Shown here one piece after another: positions 47,714 to 60,166 of a stretch of DNA of 64,000 bases. A program made the position numbers and the translations under genes. The first letter of the stretch is position 1. Each line of letters opens with the position of its first letter. The notes under the pieces were generated by a model. That model was not told the DNA's origin. It worked only from the letters and a program-made list of their open reading frames with translations, and ran no database searches. The stretch is from Sporopachydermia quercuum (Eukaryota): contig BCGN01000001.1 in assembly GCA_001599295.1 (NCBI GenBank), positions 558,001 to 622,000 on the forward strand, given 5' to 3'.

Positions 47714-50122
47714 ATGGCAGGAAAAACAAAAAAAGAGGTCCGAAAGGCCTCATCTGGGCATCATAATGAGAAGACCTATCACCGGAATGATCAACTAAAT
47801 AGCACCAAAAACCACAATAAAATAAGCAAAGAAGAGCCAGAGAAGGAAAGCGTGGATTTGCTTGGGGAAATTGATAAAAACGAGCATAACAACGACGATA
47901 AAGCATTTCATATCACAGCATTAGTGCTAACGGTGCTATCGTTTGCTACTAGATTCTACAGAATAGATCATCCAGACTCAGTTGTATTTGATGAAGTTCA
48001 TTTTGGTAAATTTGCATCCTACTACTTACAAAGAACCTATTTTTTTGATCTCCATCCACCATTTGCAAAATTACTCATTGCATTTGTTGGCTATATCATT
48101 GGATATAATGGGGATTTCAAATTCGAGAGTATTGGTGATAATTATATCCGCAATAATGTTCCTTATCTTGCATATAGAAGTTTAGAAGCGTTTCAAGGTG
48201 CTATTACTGTTCCCATTGTTTTCTATACTATGAAAGAATCAGGTTTTGGTTTACTTTCAAGCATTTTGGCTGCTTCAATTGTTTTATTCGATAACGCACA
48301 TATTACAGAAACTAGACTTATATTGCTTGATGCCTCTTTAGTTATTTCGGTTGCTGCCTCTTTATACTGTTATGTCAAATTCTCACAACAGAGATATGAA
48401 CCTTTCAGTTTCAGCTGGTGGAAATGGCTTGCTAGTACTGGATTTTGGTTATCGTGCGTAATGAGCACTAAATACGTCGGGGCCTTCACTTTCTTAACTA
48501 TTGGTATTGCTGTTATAGTTGACTTATGGAATTTATTAGACCTGGAAGCTGGCTTGTCACTGAGAAAATACATTAAACAATTCTTCAGCAGATTTTATCT
48601 ATTAATTCTTTTCCCATTCTGCATTTACCTTGGCTGGTTTTATATCCATTTTGCTATACTATCAAAATCAGGTCCGGGTGATTCATTTATGTCCTTACCT
48701 TTCCAAGAGACTTTAGGGGATAGTATGTTAGCCAAAGAAGCAAAAACAGTAAACTTTTATGATACTGTATTAATCAAACACAAAGAAACTGGTGCTTTTC
48801 TTCACTCTCATCTTTATAATTACCCTCTCAGATATGATGATGGAAGAGTGTCAAGCCAAGGCCAACAAGTTACTGGTATTCAATATGATAATCTAACAGA
48901 CAGATTATCAGATGCCAACTCCTATTGGCAGATATTACCTGATTCTGATGACAAATTTGCTGAAAATGATAAATTGGGCCATCCTGTTAGATTAGACGAT
49001 AGGGTTCGTCTTAAACACGTCGCTACTGGTACATATCTTTTGACGCACGATGTAGCATCTCCATACTACCCTACTAACGAAGAATTTACTTGTGTATCAG
49101 AGGAAGTTGCCTCGGGCCCAAAATATTCGGATACTTTGTTTGATATTAGACCATCTGCTAAGAAATCTAGAGGTGTCTTGAAAACTAAAGGAATCAATTT
49201 TCGACTGGTTCATACTAACACCAAGGTTGCTATGTGGTCTGATAAGAGACCTTTACCAGATTGGGGCTATGGCCAGCAGGAAGTTAACGGAAAGAAGGCG
49301 CAAAAGGATTCAGCCAATTTATGGGTTTTTGATGAAATCATTGGCCTCAATGATGCCAGAGCTGAATATAGACCTAAGAAGGTTAAGACATTGCCATTCA
49401 TTAGTAAATACCTTGAATTGCAAAAGAGTATGTTTGAACATAATAACAAGTTATCAAAAGAACATCCTTATGCTTCTAATCCTATCATTTGGCCATTTAA
49501 TCTTAAAGGTGTTTCATTCTGGACAGAAGCAGATAGCAAGTCTCAGATTTACTTCTTAGGCAATTATGTTGGTTATTTCCTAGAAACAACTCTGGTGCCT
49601 GTGTTCTTAGTTTTTGTATTGGTAGATCAATTAGTACGCAAAAGAGGAATTGATTTGTTTACTGCCACTGCAAGAAACAAGCTATACAATTCGATTGGAT
49701 TTTTCTTCATTGGTTGGTGTACACATTATTTCCCATTCTTTTTAATGGGAAGACAGTTATTTCTCCATCACTATTTTTCAGCTCATTTAATTGCTGCAAT
49801 GTTTGCTGGTGGTATGATTGAATTCTTGTTTGCTGATAAGTTTAATCCTCAGGGATTAGATAGATTCTTAGGCGTTGTGAGCTTCAAGACTTCTATGAAG
49901 CTATCATCACTTGTATCATACACTAAGAAACCTAAACAAAGATTGTATATTGGCAATGAAGCAAATAGGAATATCTATTATATTTTGGTTGTGGGAATAA
50001 TTGTGGCATTGATTGCTTGCTTCTTGTATTATTCTCCTTTAACGTATGGAACTCCTGGTTTAACTCCAGCACAAGTTCAAGCAAGACAATGGTTCAATGT
50101 GCAACTACATTTTGCTAAATAG
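47714..50122 (+). CDS. PMT4: Dolichyl-phosphate-mannose-protein O-mannosyltransferase, PMT4 subfamily, 802 aa
   Basis: The first ATG is at 47714. VVFDEVHFGKFASYYL, FFDLHPPFAKL, MIR domains (LHSH...SSQGQQVTG) and GRQLFLHHY. Confidence 0.93.
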   Translation: MAGKTKKEVRKASSGHHNEKTYHRNDQLNSTKNHNKISKEEPEKESVDLLGEIDKNEHNNDDKAFHITALVLTVLSFATRFYRIDHPDSVVFDEVHFGKFASYYLQRTYFFDLHPPFAKLLIAFVGYIIGYNGDFKFESIGDNYIRNNVPYLAYRSLEAFQGAITVPIVFYTMKESGFGLLSSILAASIVLFDNAHITETRLILLDASLVISVAASLYCYVKFSQQRYEPFSFSWWKWLASTGFWLSCVMSTKYVGAFTFLTIGIAVIVDLWNLLDLEAGLSLRKYIKQFFSRFYLLILFPFCIYLGWFYIHFAILSKSGPGDSFMSLPFQETLGDSMLAKEAKTVNFYDTVLIKHKETGAFLHSHLYNYPLRYDDGRVSSQGQQVTGIQYDNLTDRLSDANSYWQILPDSDDKFAENDKLGHPVRLDDRVRLKHVATGTYLLTHDVASPYYPTNEEFTCVSEEVASGPKYSDTLFDIRPSAKKSRGVLKTKGINFRLVHTNTKVAMWSDKRPLPDWGYGQQEVNGKKAQKDSANLWVFDEIIGLNDARAEYRPKKVKTLPFISKYLELQKSMFEHNNKLSKEHPYASNPIIWPFNLKGVSFWTEADSKSQIYFLGNYVGYFLETTLVPVFLVFVLVDQLVRKRGIDLFTATARNKLYNSIGFFFIGWCTHYFPFFLMGRQLFLHHYFSAHLIAAMFAGGMIEFLFADKFNPQGLDRFLGVVSFKTSMKLSSLVSYTKKPKQRLYIGNEANRNIYYILVVGIIVALIACFLYYSPLTYGTPGLTPAQVQARQWFNVQLHFAK

Positions 50123-50965
50123 GTTGACAGGCTGATGAGTCGATTAGTCAAATGAATTATGATTATTAAGATATACACTGAGTTGAATGAGATGCATATG
50201 TTACTTTGGAATTGATGTTTGAAATCTGAATGTAGAACCTACTAGTCAAATTCAGTAACACTCATACAGCTATATGATTTGTTTCCTCACGGCTAAACCA
50301 ATTGTAGCAGCATATTGTAGCTAATTTCTACCCATTGAGTATTGTAAGATATTTGAAGGATTCTACAGGTTTCCTACGAAAGTGTTCACCGAAAAAGATT
50401 AGTACTACTGCTATCTCTTAAGTCTTAGTATTCACAATCCTTAATCCACACCATGGCCCACACGACTTGATTAGTCCCAACTTACTTTTCCTAATAACAT
50501 CAAAAACAATTCTCAAAATGTTTTTACCAAATGTTCTTCTCACATGTGCTCTCATTTAAGTTGTAATATATGAGAAGTTATAATCACTTTTGATGTATGA
50601 TCAGATAAATGAACAATACTAACTCCATTCCTTCCATACTAATAAAGTTTGTAAGTTATATGCATATTCATGCATAAAATTCACATGTAAAGATCTCCTT
50701 TTTAATTTATTAGGAACCTGAAACCTTATTTATCACTTTATTTCCCAAACAAATCATAAATTCTGACTAATGATTTAAGTTCAATCAGGTTAATCAGTAA
50801 GGCAAATTTAACATGATTCATCTCTTGCTTATTATGACAGGTAGTAACTATTAGAAGTGTTTGATTTATCATTCATTATTGGGATCTGGTAAGAGCTGGC
50901 CGAGGAAATTGATATTCAGATAGGTGAACAGTTGAACAGTTGAATTTGAGATTATTTTATGGAAG

Positions 50966-52408
50966 ATGAAGTTTCAAGGAGTAATATTGTTGACCAGTTT
51001 ATTGGTCTTCCTATCGACTGTATTAGGTGGTAGTTTGCCTGAAGTGAATGAAAAGAACTTTGATGAAGTTGTTCTAAATAGCGGGAAATATACATTGGTA
51101 GACGTAAGTTGAATATAATAGTTTGCAATGAAAGTGGTTGGATGTTGATTAAAAGTTTTTCCTTCTATTGATGATCAATCAAATTAGTATAATAGTACGA
51201 GCGATGATTCTAACTCATCTTTTCACTATCCAGTTTTATGCTACGTGGTGTTCTCACTGCAAACGATTAATGCCAACTATTGAGAAACTGGCTGAGCAAT
51301 ACGAATCATCAGAAAATATTCAGATTGGTAAGTTAGAATACTTGAAATGACAAGTGTCAATTAAACTAGTATAAGAGGTACCGGGTAGATATAACTATAT
51401 AATGATTGACTTCGATGATTTCATTCATGTACTAACATTGGTAGTCAAAATCGATGGTGATGAAAACAGGAAAATCTCTAAAAGATATGAAATTGAAGGA
51501 TATCCTACCTTAAAGGTATGCTAGCATAATATTTTTGAAGACTGATAAATGCCTGGCAGTATTTGTAATCATATAGGATTATGATCGTACAATCATGGTA
51601 CTTATATGATCTCTTATATCACTTGCGTTCTAGCTTACGACTCGCTCTGAAGGTATTACTAACAACTATCCAGCTATTTGTTCCTAATGATATCAACAAC
51701 CCAATAGAATATTCTGGCCCTCGAAGATTAGGTGCTATCAAGGCATTCATTGATGACCAAAGCAATTCTAAGTCTAAAGCTAAACATCAAAGCCATGTGA
51801 TCAATATTGACAGCTCAAACCTATCTCTCATCAAAGCACAACCGAGCGTAGTCGCGTTTACTTCAAATGATGATCGTGCTTTGAAATCAGAATATCAACT
51901 TCTCGGTAGGGTTTTCAAGAACGATGAAATTATAATTGCGGAAGTAGATATGACGAAATCAAGTAATATAGGAGAAGAATATGGTATAAGTAAGTCACCA
52001 GCAATTATTTTTGTTAATTCAAGAGGAGAAATCATTAGATATGGAGGCAGAGTTGATATTGAAGAATTTATTCAATTTGTCAATGAGAACGCTGGTTTAT
52101 ACAGAACGTTAGATGGAAGTTTATCAGCGGAAGCAGGAAGACTAGAAGAAGTTGAAGAAAGTGTGAGAACTCTTTTGAGGGAGAAGAAAGAGGATCTAGC
52201 TAATGCACTATTAAGTAAGTTGAACAGTAAGACTGATTTATCTTCTACTTACTATCGTAAGATTATCAGCAAAATAATGAAGAATGAGGATGATTTTATA
52301 AAGAAGGAAGCATTTAGACTACAGAAAGTGTTGAAGAGTAAATTGGTCCCTCAGGCTGAAGAGCATCTGCAAGTACGACTAAACNTTTTGAAAGGTTTAC
52401 AAGAATGA
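50966..52408 (+). CDS. ERp38/TigA-like protein disulfide isomerase, 345 aa; exons 50966-51103, 51234-51327, 51445-51515, 51674-52408
   Basis: Signal peptide and three GT-AG introns with branch motifs. The spliced thioredoxin domain reads LVD|FYATWCSHCKRL...KIDGDEN...IEGYPTLK|LF. A second Trx-like domain follows, then an ERp29c-like tail (DGSLSAEAGR...YYRKI...KEAFRL). Confidence 0.88.
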
Positions 52409-53130
52409 TCATAATCATCTTATATCTTATCCTTAATTAATTAATCATTTTAGATCAGGGGCTGTTCTTGAATAAATGAGTCCTCTTTTGGAAAGGGAGA
52501 AACGAATCAATTATAGACATTAGAGTATAACCATAGTATTTAATTATTATACAAACTTAGGGAAATTTTCAATTGAATTCGGTATTTTTGTAATAACTCG
52601 ATTGAAAGAGATGAAAGCTGTTTACTGTCTGCTGATTCTCTCTCAACTTACTTTTCAATTCTTCAAATTGCTTACATAGTTGTATAAAACAGTAAAAATA
52701 TACGAAATCATATTATATTCAGGAATTTTACCTAAAATCATAAATTCATTCAAATTTGTTATGTTTCTTGCGTGAAGTTAGCTCTCACTAATGAAATATA
52801 GGCACTTCTTTAGTAAAATCATGTTTTGCTAAGGACTTTCAAATAATTTGTTACCAATTTTCAGAGATAAGCGAATCAAACAGTATATATATGAAGAATT
52901 CTGAGAGGTATTAATATAAAATTCTGACATGCTGATTATTACGTATATAAGCTTGTTTCCTCTATATAATCTCTATCCAACGCCTCCTTTCTGATGAATC
53001 TTGCACATCCCTTTCTTTTCTTTCTCCCAGCAAATTGATTCTTTAACCTTTATACTTTGCATCATACTCTAACGATTCAATTTATACTCCATAAACCTCT
53101 TCCTCTACCTGTTCTGTGATCAACTACCTG

Positions 53131-53955
53131 TCACCAATCTATCGAAGGTCCAACAGCAACAGCTCTAACCAATTCTGGGGCAACTTTCCCATTTATTACC
53201 GTCTCTTCCACAATCATCTTTGCATGACTTGGATTGCATCTAGCTAACCATATACGTTCACCACTCTTTCTATAAATCAATAAATTAGCAACAAACTTAT
53301 GACCTCCAACATGAGAAACAAACGTTATGATAGCTCCACCTTCACGATCATCAGAATCATCACGATATAAATCTTTTTCCAGTAGGTGTCTTTCCAATTC
53401 CTTTTTCATAATAGGTGCAGTGATACCACAACGTTTATCTCTTGTTCTATGTGAACACAACATCATAATTGAGTCATATGGTAATGGAGTTATTTTCACT
53501 CCTGGAATATTAACATCCAATGGAGTATTCGTCGTTAGAACGGTGTTAATAACGGTTTCTAATTCCTTCAAAGGAAATGTGACTCTAACAAATGCAGGAA
53601 ATAGCAGTATTTCTTCATCTTCAGAGAAAAAATCAGACTTAGCAAATGAGCTATTTGATACTTTGATTTTACCTGGTATTGCGTCCGGGTGTGATTTAAA
53701 ATAATGATACATTTTGCTCGCAAGACTATCTTTAACATCAGTGATTTCGTGAATCCAATCAGTTTTAGCAGTTGGTATAACAATATGTATATCAACAGGT
53801 TCTGCTGAATGCCATAAATTGCTTATGCTGTCGTACATGACATAAGGAAATTTATTCTCAACATCATTACAACTACAGTTTTCACAAGTTGGTATGATTT
53901 CCGAGACTTCTTGAGCTGCTGATGATGTTGACTTGAATATTCGTAATAATCCCAT
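53131..53955 (-). CDS. APD1: Apd1 (sucrase/ferredoxin-like 2Fe-2S protein), 274 aa
   Basis: CSHRTRDKRCG and SHVGGHKF (the bis-His/bis-Cys ligand motifs), plus an N-terminal Cys cluster. Confidence 0.9.
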   Translation of the reverse strand: MGLLRIFKSTSSAAQEVSEIIPTCENCSCNDVENKFPYVMYDSISNLWHSAEPVDIHIVIPTAKTDWIHEITDVKDSLASKMYHYFKSHPDAIPGKIKVSNSSFAKSDFFSEDEEILLFPAFVRVTFPLKELETVINTVLTTNTPLDVNIPGVKITPLPYDSIMMLCSHRTRDKRCGITAPIMKKELERHLLEKDLYRDDSDDREGGAIITFVSHVGGHKFVANLLIYRKSGERIWLARCNPSHAKMIVEETVINGKVAPELVRAVAVGPSIDW

Positions 53956-56900
53956 GATGAATAAAACTGGTTTTCTCCTTGCTTTTTTCTTTGTTGCAGA
54001 TTGTTGTTTCTAACCCTTTTCGTAATATACGCTAATCAAAGTATTATCGTTCGATTTACTCAAATCAGTCAATCACTCGCTCTTCTTCTTTTCGTTTGAT
54101 CTGCTCATTCATTCCTTCTATAAGCCTTCTATACAACTCTATAGATTATAGTTTTTATCATCTAATTTCTGATCGATCAGAATCAAATCAAATCTATTAT
54201 CTTATTTTTATTCTATTCCTTCTTCCTTCTTCCTTCTATTGTAATTATTCAAACTTAACTTTGATCACTAGAGAAAGATCAAGCTGATTGCTGGCTGCTT
54301 CGTATTATTTAAAAGAGCAATCAACTACTAATAACAATATCTACTATAAATATTATTATTATGGCTATTACTTCACCAATGTACAATCTTTTGCCGCCTT
54401 CCTATCTTTTCGTTTAGTTTACAGACTCTTCTCTCTCTTATATAACAGAAACTAATATATGAACTCGGATTTAAAATTAATATCAGTTCTCAATGAAATA
54501 TCGGAGTTAAGCAGTTTGAAACTCTTTACATGGATTTCGTTCCGGAATTTAAGAGAATGAACTGTTACTAATCGTTGTTAATCAAAAGACGAAAACTACG
54601 GGATTCGGAAAATATGCTAATACAGCGGTTATAAAAATGATAAAATGACGAATAATATTTGACTATTAGTTAAGCATATGGGGCAACCGTTTTACTTTTA
54701 TGAGAAGATGGAGAAACTCTCGTAATAGAGTACCCAATACGGGCTGAGAGCTGAAGCCTGATATTTAGAAGAAACGGAAAGGGAAGATTAGTATTTATTC
54801 AATTTGGAGGAGAATCATGATAGAGTGAGAAGAAGACTTGGCATTATTTTACATCTGCTTATTCTATAGATCATTTATATATATAGTACCTTTTCCTTTC
54901 TTCTCCTTTTTATTTCTCATTTTTTTATTGATGGGATGTATGAAGATGAGATATCAAGGTATTTATTTATTAACCCATCAGCCAAAATATTTGTTTACCT
55001 TTACCAATACAGAAAAGAGAGATTTGGACACGAAAGCAAAGGTGTAGCATAAAAGGCGTTACACTTAGTATAAAATAAACGTTGATGGTTCATTAACTAT
55101 TCGGTAGTCATAACCTGATTTGATGATACTTACAGTAGTGTTAGATGATATCAAGTATTGAATGACCAACCTCTTTTCTTTACAAATCATCAAACTATAG
55201 CTTAAAAACGCAACTCATCTGCAAGTACTTTGTAAGATATCAAATAACGAAAGAGAAACTAGATTATATGAAGACTGTTGCCAAGAGTTTCAATTCGATT
55301 TATGNTGGACATTCACTATTGATCTAATTGCTTATTTATGAATGTGAGTATTAAGAAAAACATAAATTATAAGCTATTGATCTAAATAAAGAATCTTAGA
55401 TCTGTATAACCTACCACTTACATATCGTACAGAAATCTATGACTCACTTCTTTCTATTAATTTGAATGAGCAGGTTCTCTCCAATTTGTTTACTAATCAT
55501 TATTGAAAAGAAACCAGAAATAGTGGATGCTTCTGTATCACCGCAAATACAAAGTAGAACATGAAGTCTCAATAATGCTTTAAGTAACACAATTATGCCT
55601 CAACGCTGAAAATACGAATAGGAAGGGCTGATTTATAGTTGGATAAAGAAGATAAATTCCGAACAAATTCCAAAACTTACTTCAATTGGAAATTTCTAAT
55701 AGAAAGTATGCGGAATATGGAGATGGAAGGAGATCTGTAGTTACTGAGATTTCCATACATCTTTTGAATATAGATTTATTTGTTTCGTTGATCCAAATAA
55801 ATCTGTTTGATGTTAATCGTGATCCTACTGTTCTATTGATTAAAATTCTGTTGGCCTTCACTCCTTTCTTTTTTCTTCATGATTTATTTAGTGTTTACGC
55901 GGTATTTATTTAGTAGCATTCGAGTATTAATCAATCAATCAGCCGTATCTTTCCTTTATATCAACAATGCTGTTATCTACTATGAACATAACTTGTTAAT
56001 ATTTCAAACTATCTCAGCCTTTTGGTTATTGATGTGAATAATGAATGTACGAGAATTATTACTTTATCATGTTTTCTTATTAATTGAACAACATAGCCTT
56101 TGAGTGCGCTTATTATCGGTAGCAAATAGTATAAGCAATACGAAATACCATAGAAATATTATGTGTACCAGAATAATTGATTATGGAAATGGATTGATTG
56201 AGTACCAAACAAATATTATTAAAGAAATATTAAAAATGATGGTTTAATTCAACAGGATCAAAAGGTAAGTTCACCAAGTAGGCTTTATACGTCATTCGTT
56301 GCCAATACATATCGAGTGATGTTAGAATAATTTTTTTTCCTTCATATGTTAATGCATTCCCCATTGAGATTGCATAAAGGAGAAACAGAGTAGAATATAT
56401 GAAGTAACTGTCAAAATGATTGGTTTCTAAAATCGCCCGTCAATAATGGGGTTTCATGAACTAAAAGTCTCAGTGATCAACACTTTCCACTTGAAACAGT
56501 GAGGAAGTAGTAAATAAGCATCATCAGTTATGGTTGGTACTCATGCATACATCTATACACCTATCACTGTCTCATATATTACCTACTCAATTTCTGAAGA
56601 AGGACTTGCCATCAGCTGTTATAGACTCCCTACATTATTTGCCTCTACTTCTACCTCTGGTTGCAAATAAAAATGTCAAAGGCCACCATGAAATACTCAT
56701 TTCCACTGCCCAATAATTATTCATGCCCACATGTCTAGTCCCAACTAAGCTCTTATCCTCAATTAGCCCAACTTTCAATATAGACTTCATTGGGAAAACA
56801 TTACAATTAAGGAGGCTCGTGCCTTCTTAGTTTCCTATTTACGAGGAAATTAATCAGATATTGTTCCTGGTAAAACGTATAAAATTTAATAACGTACTAC

Positions 56901-58861
56901 GGTTAGCGTATACTGTTTATGCAGTTATCCTATTAAAGCTAATTCTGGAACTAGATTAACTTATCTCTTGATTCATGGTGTCGAACTCGGTTGCTGAAAC
57001 GAAAGGTGAGAAATTAAGGAATGAATGTGTAGGAAGAGGGAAAATGGTTTGTTTTAATGATAAAAATAGTAGGAAATGTGCAAGCAGACGGATTAACTAT
57101 AACCTTGAACAATAAGGTTGGGTGATAGGTGAGGTTAGGCAGTAAACTTTTTAACAAATGATACTAAGTAAGTTAATAATATAAACCCTAATATATAGGT
57201 TTACCATTTTGAGAATCATTCATTTCACATGGTCATATATAAATAATTTAACGTTGTGTTTAGTTTAAATTAAGTGTGTTGCACCTTCTAAAATGTTGAG
57301 AAAATAAGAAGGATAGTTTCAAGATTGGAAGGAAACCCAAGTGAAATATGTTAAAAACTAAACATATTATCTCCATTAGAACATAAATGATATGTTCATC
57401 TGCTATTAGGTGAAGTACGAGTTGGGGCGAGATATTTCCATTCTAATAATGTTGGACACCTTTGATTAATATGCTTACAATCGCCTATTTTATTCGTTAA
57501 GCACAACGTTAAGCACTTTTTTCCCTTTTAATGTAATGGAACTGACTAAATCTAAACGACAACCTGAACATGTAACGTTTTAGCTTTTCTTTGGAAGTGA
57601 TAAAAAGCTTAAAGTTTAAGGTGTACCGATGAATCCCCACAAACAGTTTTCCAGCAGTGGTGGGTACCTACTTTCTCTGAGAATCTTTAATAGAAAATGG
57701 TGTACTGCCTCTTTTACATTCTTCAGTTTTCTCACCAATTTTGGTCATTAATCTCACCAAATTTTAATGAGAACCCTTTCATTATTACCTTCCTAAAGTC
57801 CTCATTAAAATATTCTTTCACTAAGATTATAAATTTGAACATTCAATTAATTAGTTAGATTCAAACTCTCTCATATTGTATTGCAATTTATGCAATTGCC
57901 TACTAAAAATCACGACATCCATTCAATTCACTTAAACTTCCGTACAGAACAAAATTTTTGCTGCTTCAGCCTGTATGTTGCAAAGCTTTTCAACGCTTAC
58001 CTATTTTTAAATTCAAACTTTATTTCACTGTGTACCTCTGATTAATTCCCTGTTTTTTGTCCTGGCGACGTCTTCTAGTTAAAGTAATTGATATTACAAA
58101 ATATCTGTTTATCTGATGGGGGATTCCTATGAATTTTGATCCTGAACTTCTTGTCGAAATGTATGGTTAATGGTTTAGAATTGTTTTTATTTGTTTCGTT
58201 TGTTAAATTTAGTTTTAAAGAGAAAAAAGAACAAAGAGAAAGAGCAAAAGGAAGAAAGTTCAATAAGTATCAATAGCAACAGGAGACTAGACTAGACCTA
58301 GGTTGCAGTGAGAGTGTACAAAAAGCGAGTGCGATCATTGTGCTTTTGGTGATAGAGAGAAGAGAGAATAGCAGAAGACAGCTATTACTGTTGAGATCGA
58401 TTGGATCAAATAATTAACCAAGGACGCATTATAGAAGTCGAATAATTTATCTCTTTGTTGAAGTGAAGAGAGGGAGATAACAAAAGCTTGTTGGGAGTAT
58501 TCTGATTGAGGTAATTGATAATTTTTTGGTGCAAAGCTGTCTGTCTGCATCTACTTCCACGAAAGATTATATTAGTTATTTATTTACAGGCACAATTGCT
58601 TGATTGATAAGTTCAATCGCAGTCCTATTCGAAATATTGAACTTCCAACTTCTGGATAATCAACATCCAGTAATTTCATTCATTTATATTCAGTTATCTT
58701 CGAATATTGGATCTATCAAGAACGAACAAGATTGTGTTGTTGTGCTAAGTACTACATACGTTACGCATCGCTCTTTTCTTCCTTTTCTTTTATAATTTAG
58801 CTATTCTGCAACAACTATAACAGTTTTTCAACAATCGAGCATCAATTAATATCAATCAGAA

Positions 58862-60166
58862 ATGAGGAAAGAGTTACAAGTTTTGATATGGATTCATGTC
58901 GCGTTCGTCTTCTTTGCTGTTTACTACGTGTCTGATTTAATCACCCTAATCTATGATGATTCATTCAGTGATGCACTTACAGCAGAAGACTATCTGAACA
59001 GCAAAAACTTACCTCAAGTAATTCCAAAGATTATTCATCAAACATACATCAATGAAACAATTCCTGATGTTTGGGTTGAAGGCCAACAAAATTGTGTTAA
59101 TTTGCATGAAGATTATCAATATATACTGTGGACTGATAATATGAGTCGTGATTTCATTGAGGAGCATTATCCTTGGTTTTTAAATACTTTTGATTCATAT
59201 AAATACAACATTGAAAGAGCAGATGTTATTCGTTATTTTGTTCTTTATCATTATGGTGGAATTTATATTGATTTGGATGACGCCTGTCAAAGAAAGCTCG
59301 ATGATTTATTAGTTTACAATGCTGTTGTGAGAAAGACTATTCCGACTGGTATCTCAAACGATGTTATGGGTGCTGTTCCTGGTCATCCTTTCTTTTTGAA
59401 GGTGATAAAAAGTTTAGAACAATACAACAAAAATTGGTTGGTTCCATATATCACAATCATGTTTTCAACTGGTCCTTTATTTTTATCTGTTATGTGGAAA
59501 CAATACAAACGTTGGGGTCTTCCAGAGTCTGAAAGGATAAGAATTATATTCCCCAATGATTATAAAGACACTCCCTATTCTTTTTTCATTGCTACCCCTG
59601 GTTCATCATGGCATTTGTCGGATGCTAAACTTATTAAGTTAATGGGAGAACATATTATCCTTGTTACTATTCTTGGATTTATTGTTGGTTTTACTTTTTT
59701 AGCCATAGAATATTTATTCTATTGTTTCCTATGTGGACCTTATATTAGGAGACTCAAGAGATTTATCTCATCGTTATTCAGTTTAATCACAAGTAAACTT
59801 GGCTTCGTTTCAAGTGATTCCGATACTTCTGACTCGGCAGATAATTATGACGCTTTCTCATATAAGTCATTGAGTGGAGACGAGTCACCTGATGATAAAT
59901 TACTAGATATTTCAAAGGTAAGAACTGCATCACCTGTCAATGAATCAATCCCAATGCAATCATTACCAAATTCAAAAAGTTCGAAGAAGAAGGATAGGCC
60001 AAGTGCTTTGAATATCTTCAAAAAGAGGTTACGCAAAGATAGTAATATCATTACACCAAACCAAGAAATAGGAGCTGATAATAGCACGATATATTACCTG
60101 GATTCTGAATCTGATCTTGAAAAAGGCTATTACACTACTACTTCTGATGATAAGAGTAGTACGTAA
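58862..60166 (+). CDS. SUR1: Mannosylinositol phosphorylceramide synthase catalytic subunit (Sur1/Csh1, GT32), 434 aa
   Basis: IPKIIHQT, IERADVIRYFVL, GGIYIDLD (DXD), PTGISND, STGPLFLS and GSSWH, with N- and C-terminal TM helices. Confidence 0.92.
   Translation: MRKELQVLIWIHVAFVFFAVYYVSDLITLIYDDSFSDALTAEDYLNSKNLPQVIPKIIHQTYINETIPDVWVEGQQNCVNLHEDYQYILWTDNMSRDFIEEHYPWFLNTFDSYKYNIERADVIRYFVLYHYGGIYIDLDDACQRKLDDLLVYNAVVRKTIPTGISNDVMGAVPGHPFFLKVIKSLEQYNKNWLVPYITIMFSTGPLFLSVMWKQYKRWGLPESERIRIIFPNDYKDTPYSFFIATPGSSWHLSDAKLIKLMGEHIILVTILGFIVGFTFLAIEYLFYCFLCGPYIRRLKRFISSLFSLITSKLGFVSSDSDTSDSADNYDAFSYKSLSGDESPDDKLLDISKVRTASPVNESIPMQSLPNSKSSKKKDRPSALNIFKKRLRKDSNIITPNQEIGADNSTIYYLDSESDLEKGYYTTTSDDKSST

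Noticed and set aside
2558..55305. About 19 isolated single N bases
   Set aside because: They do not break reading frames and most likely mark heterozygous or ambiguous calls in the assembly.
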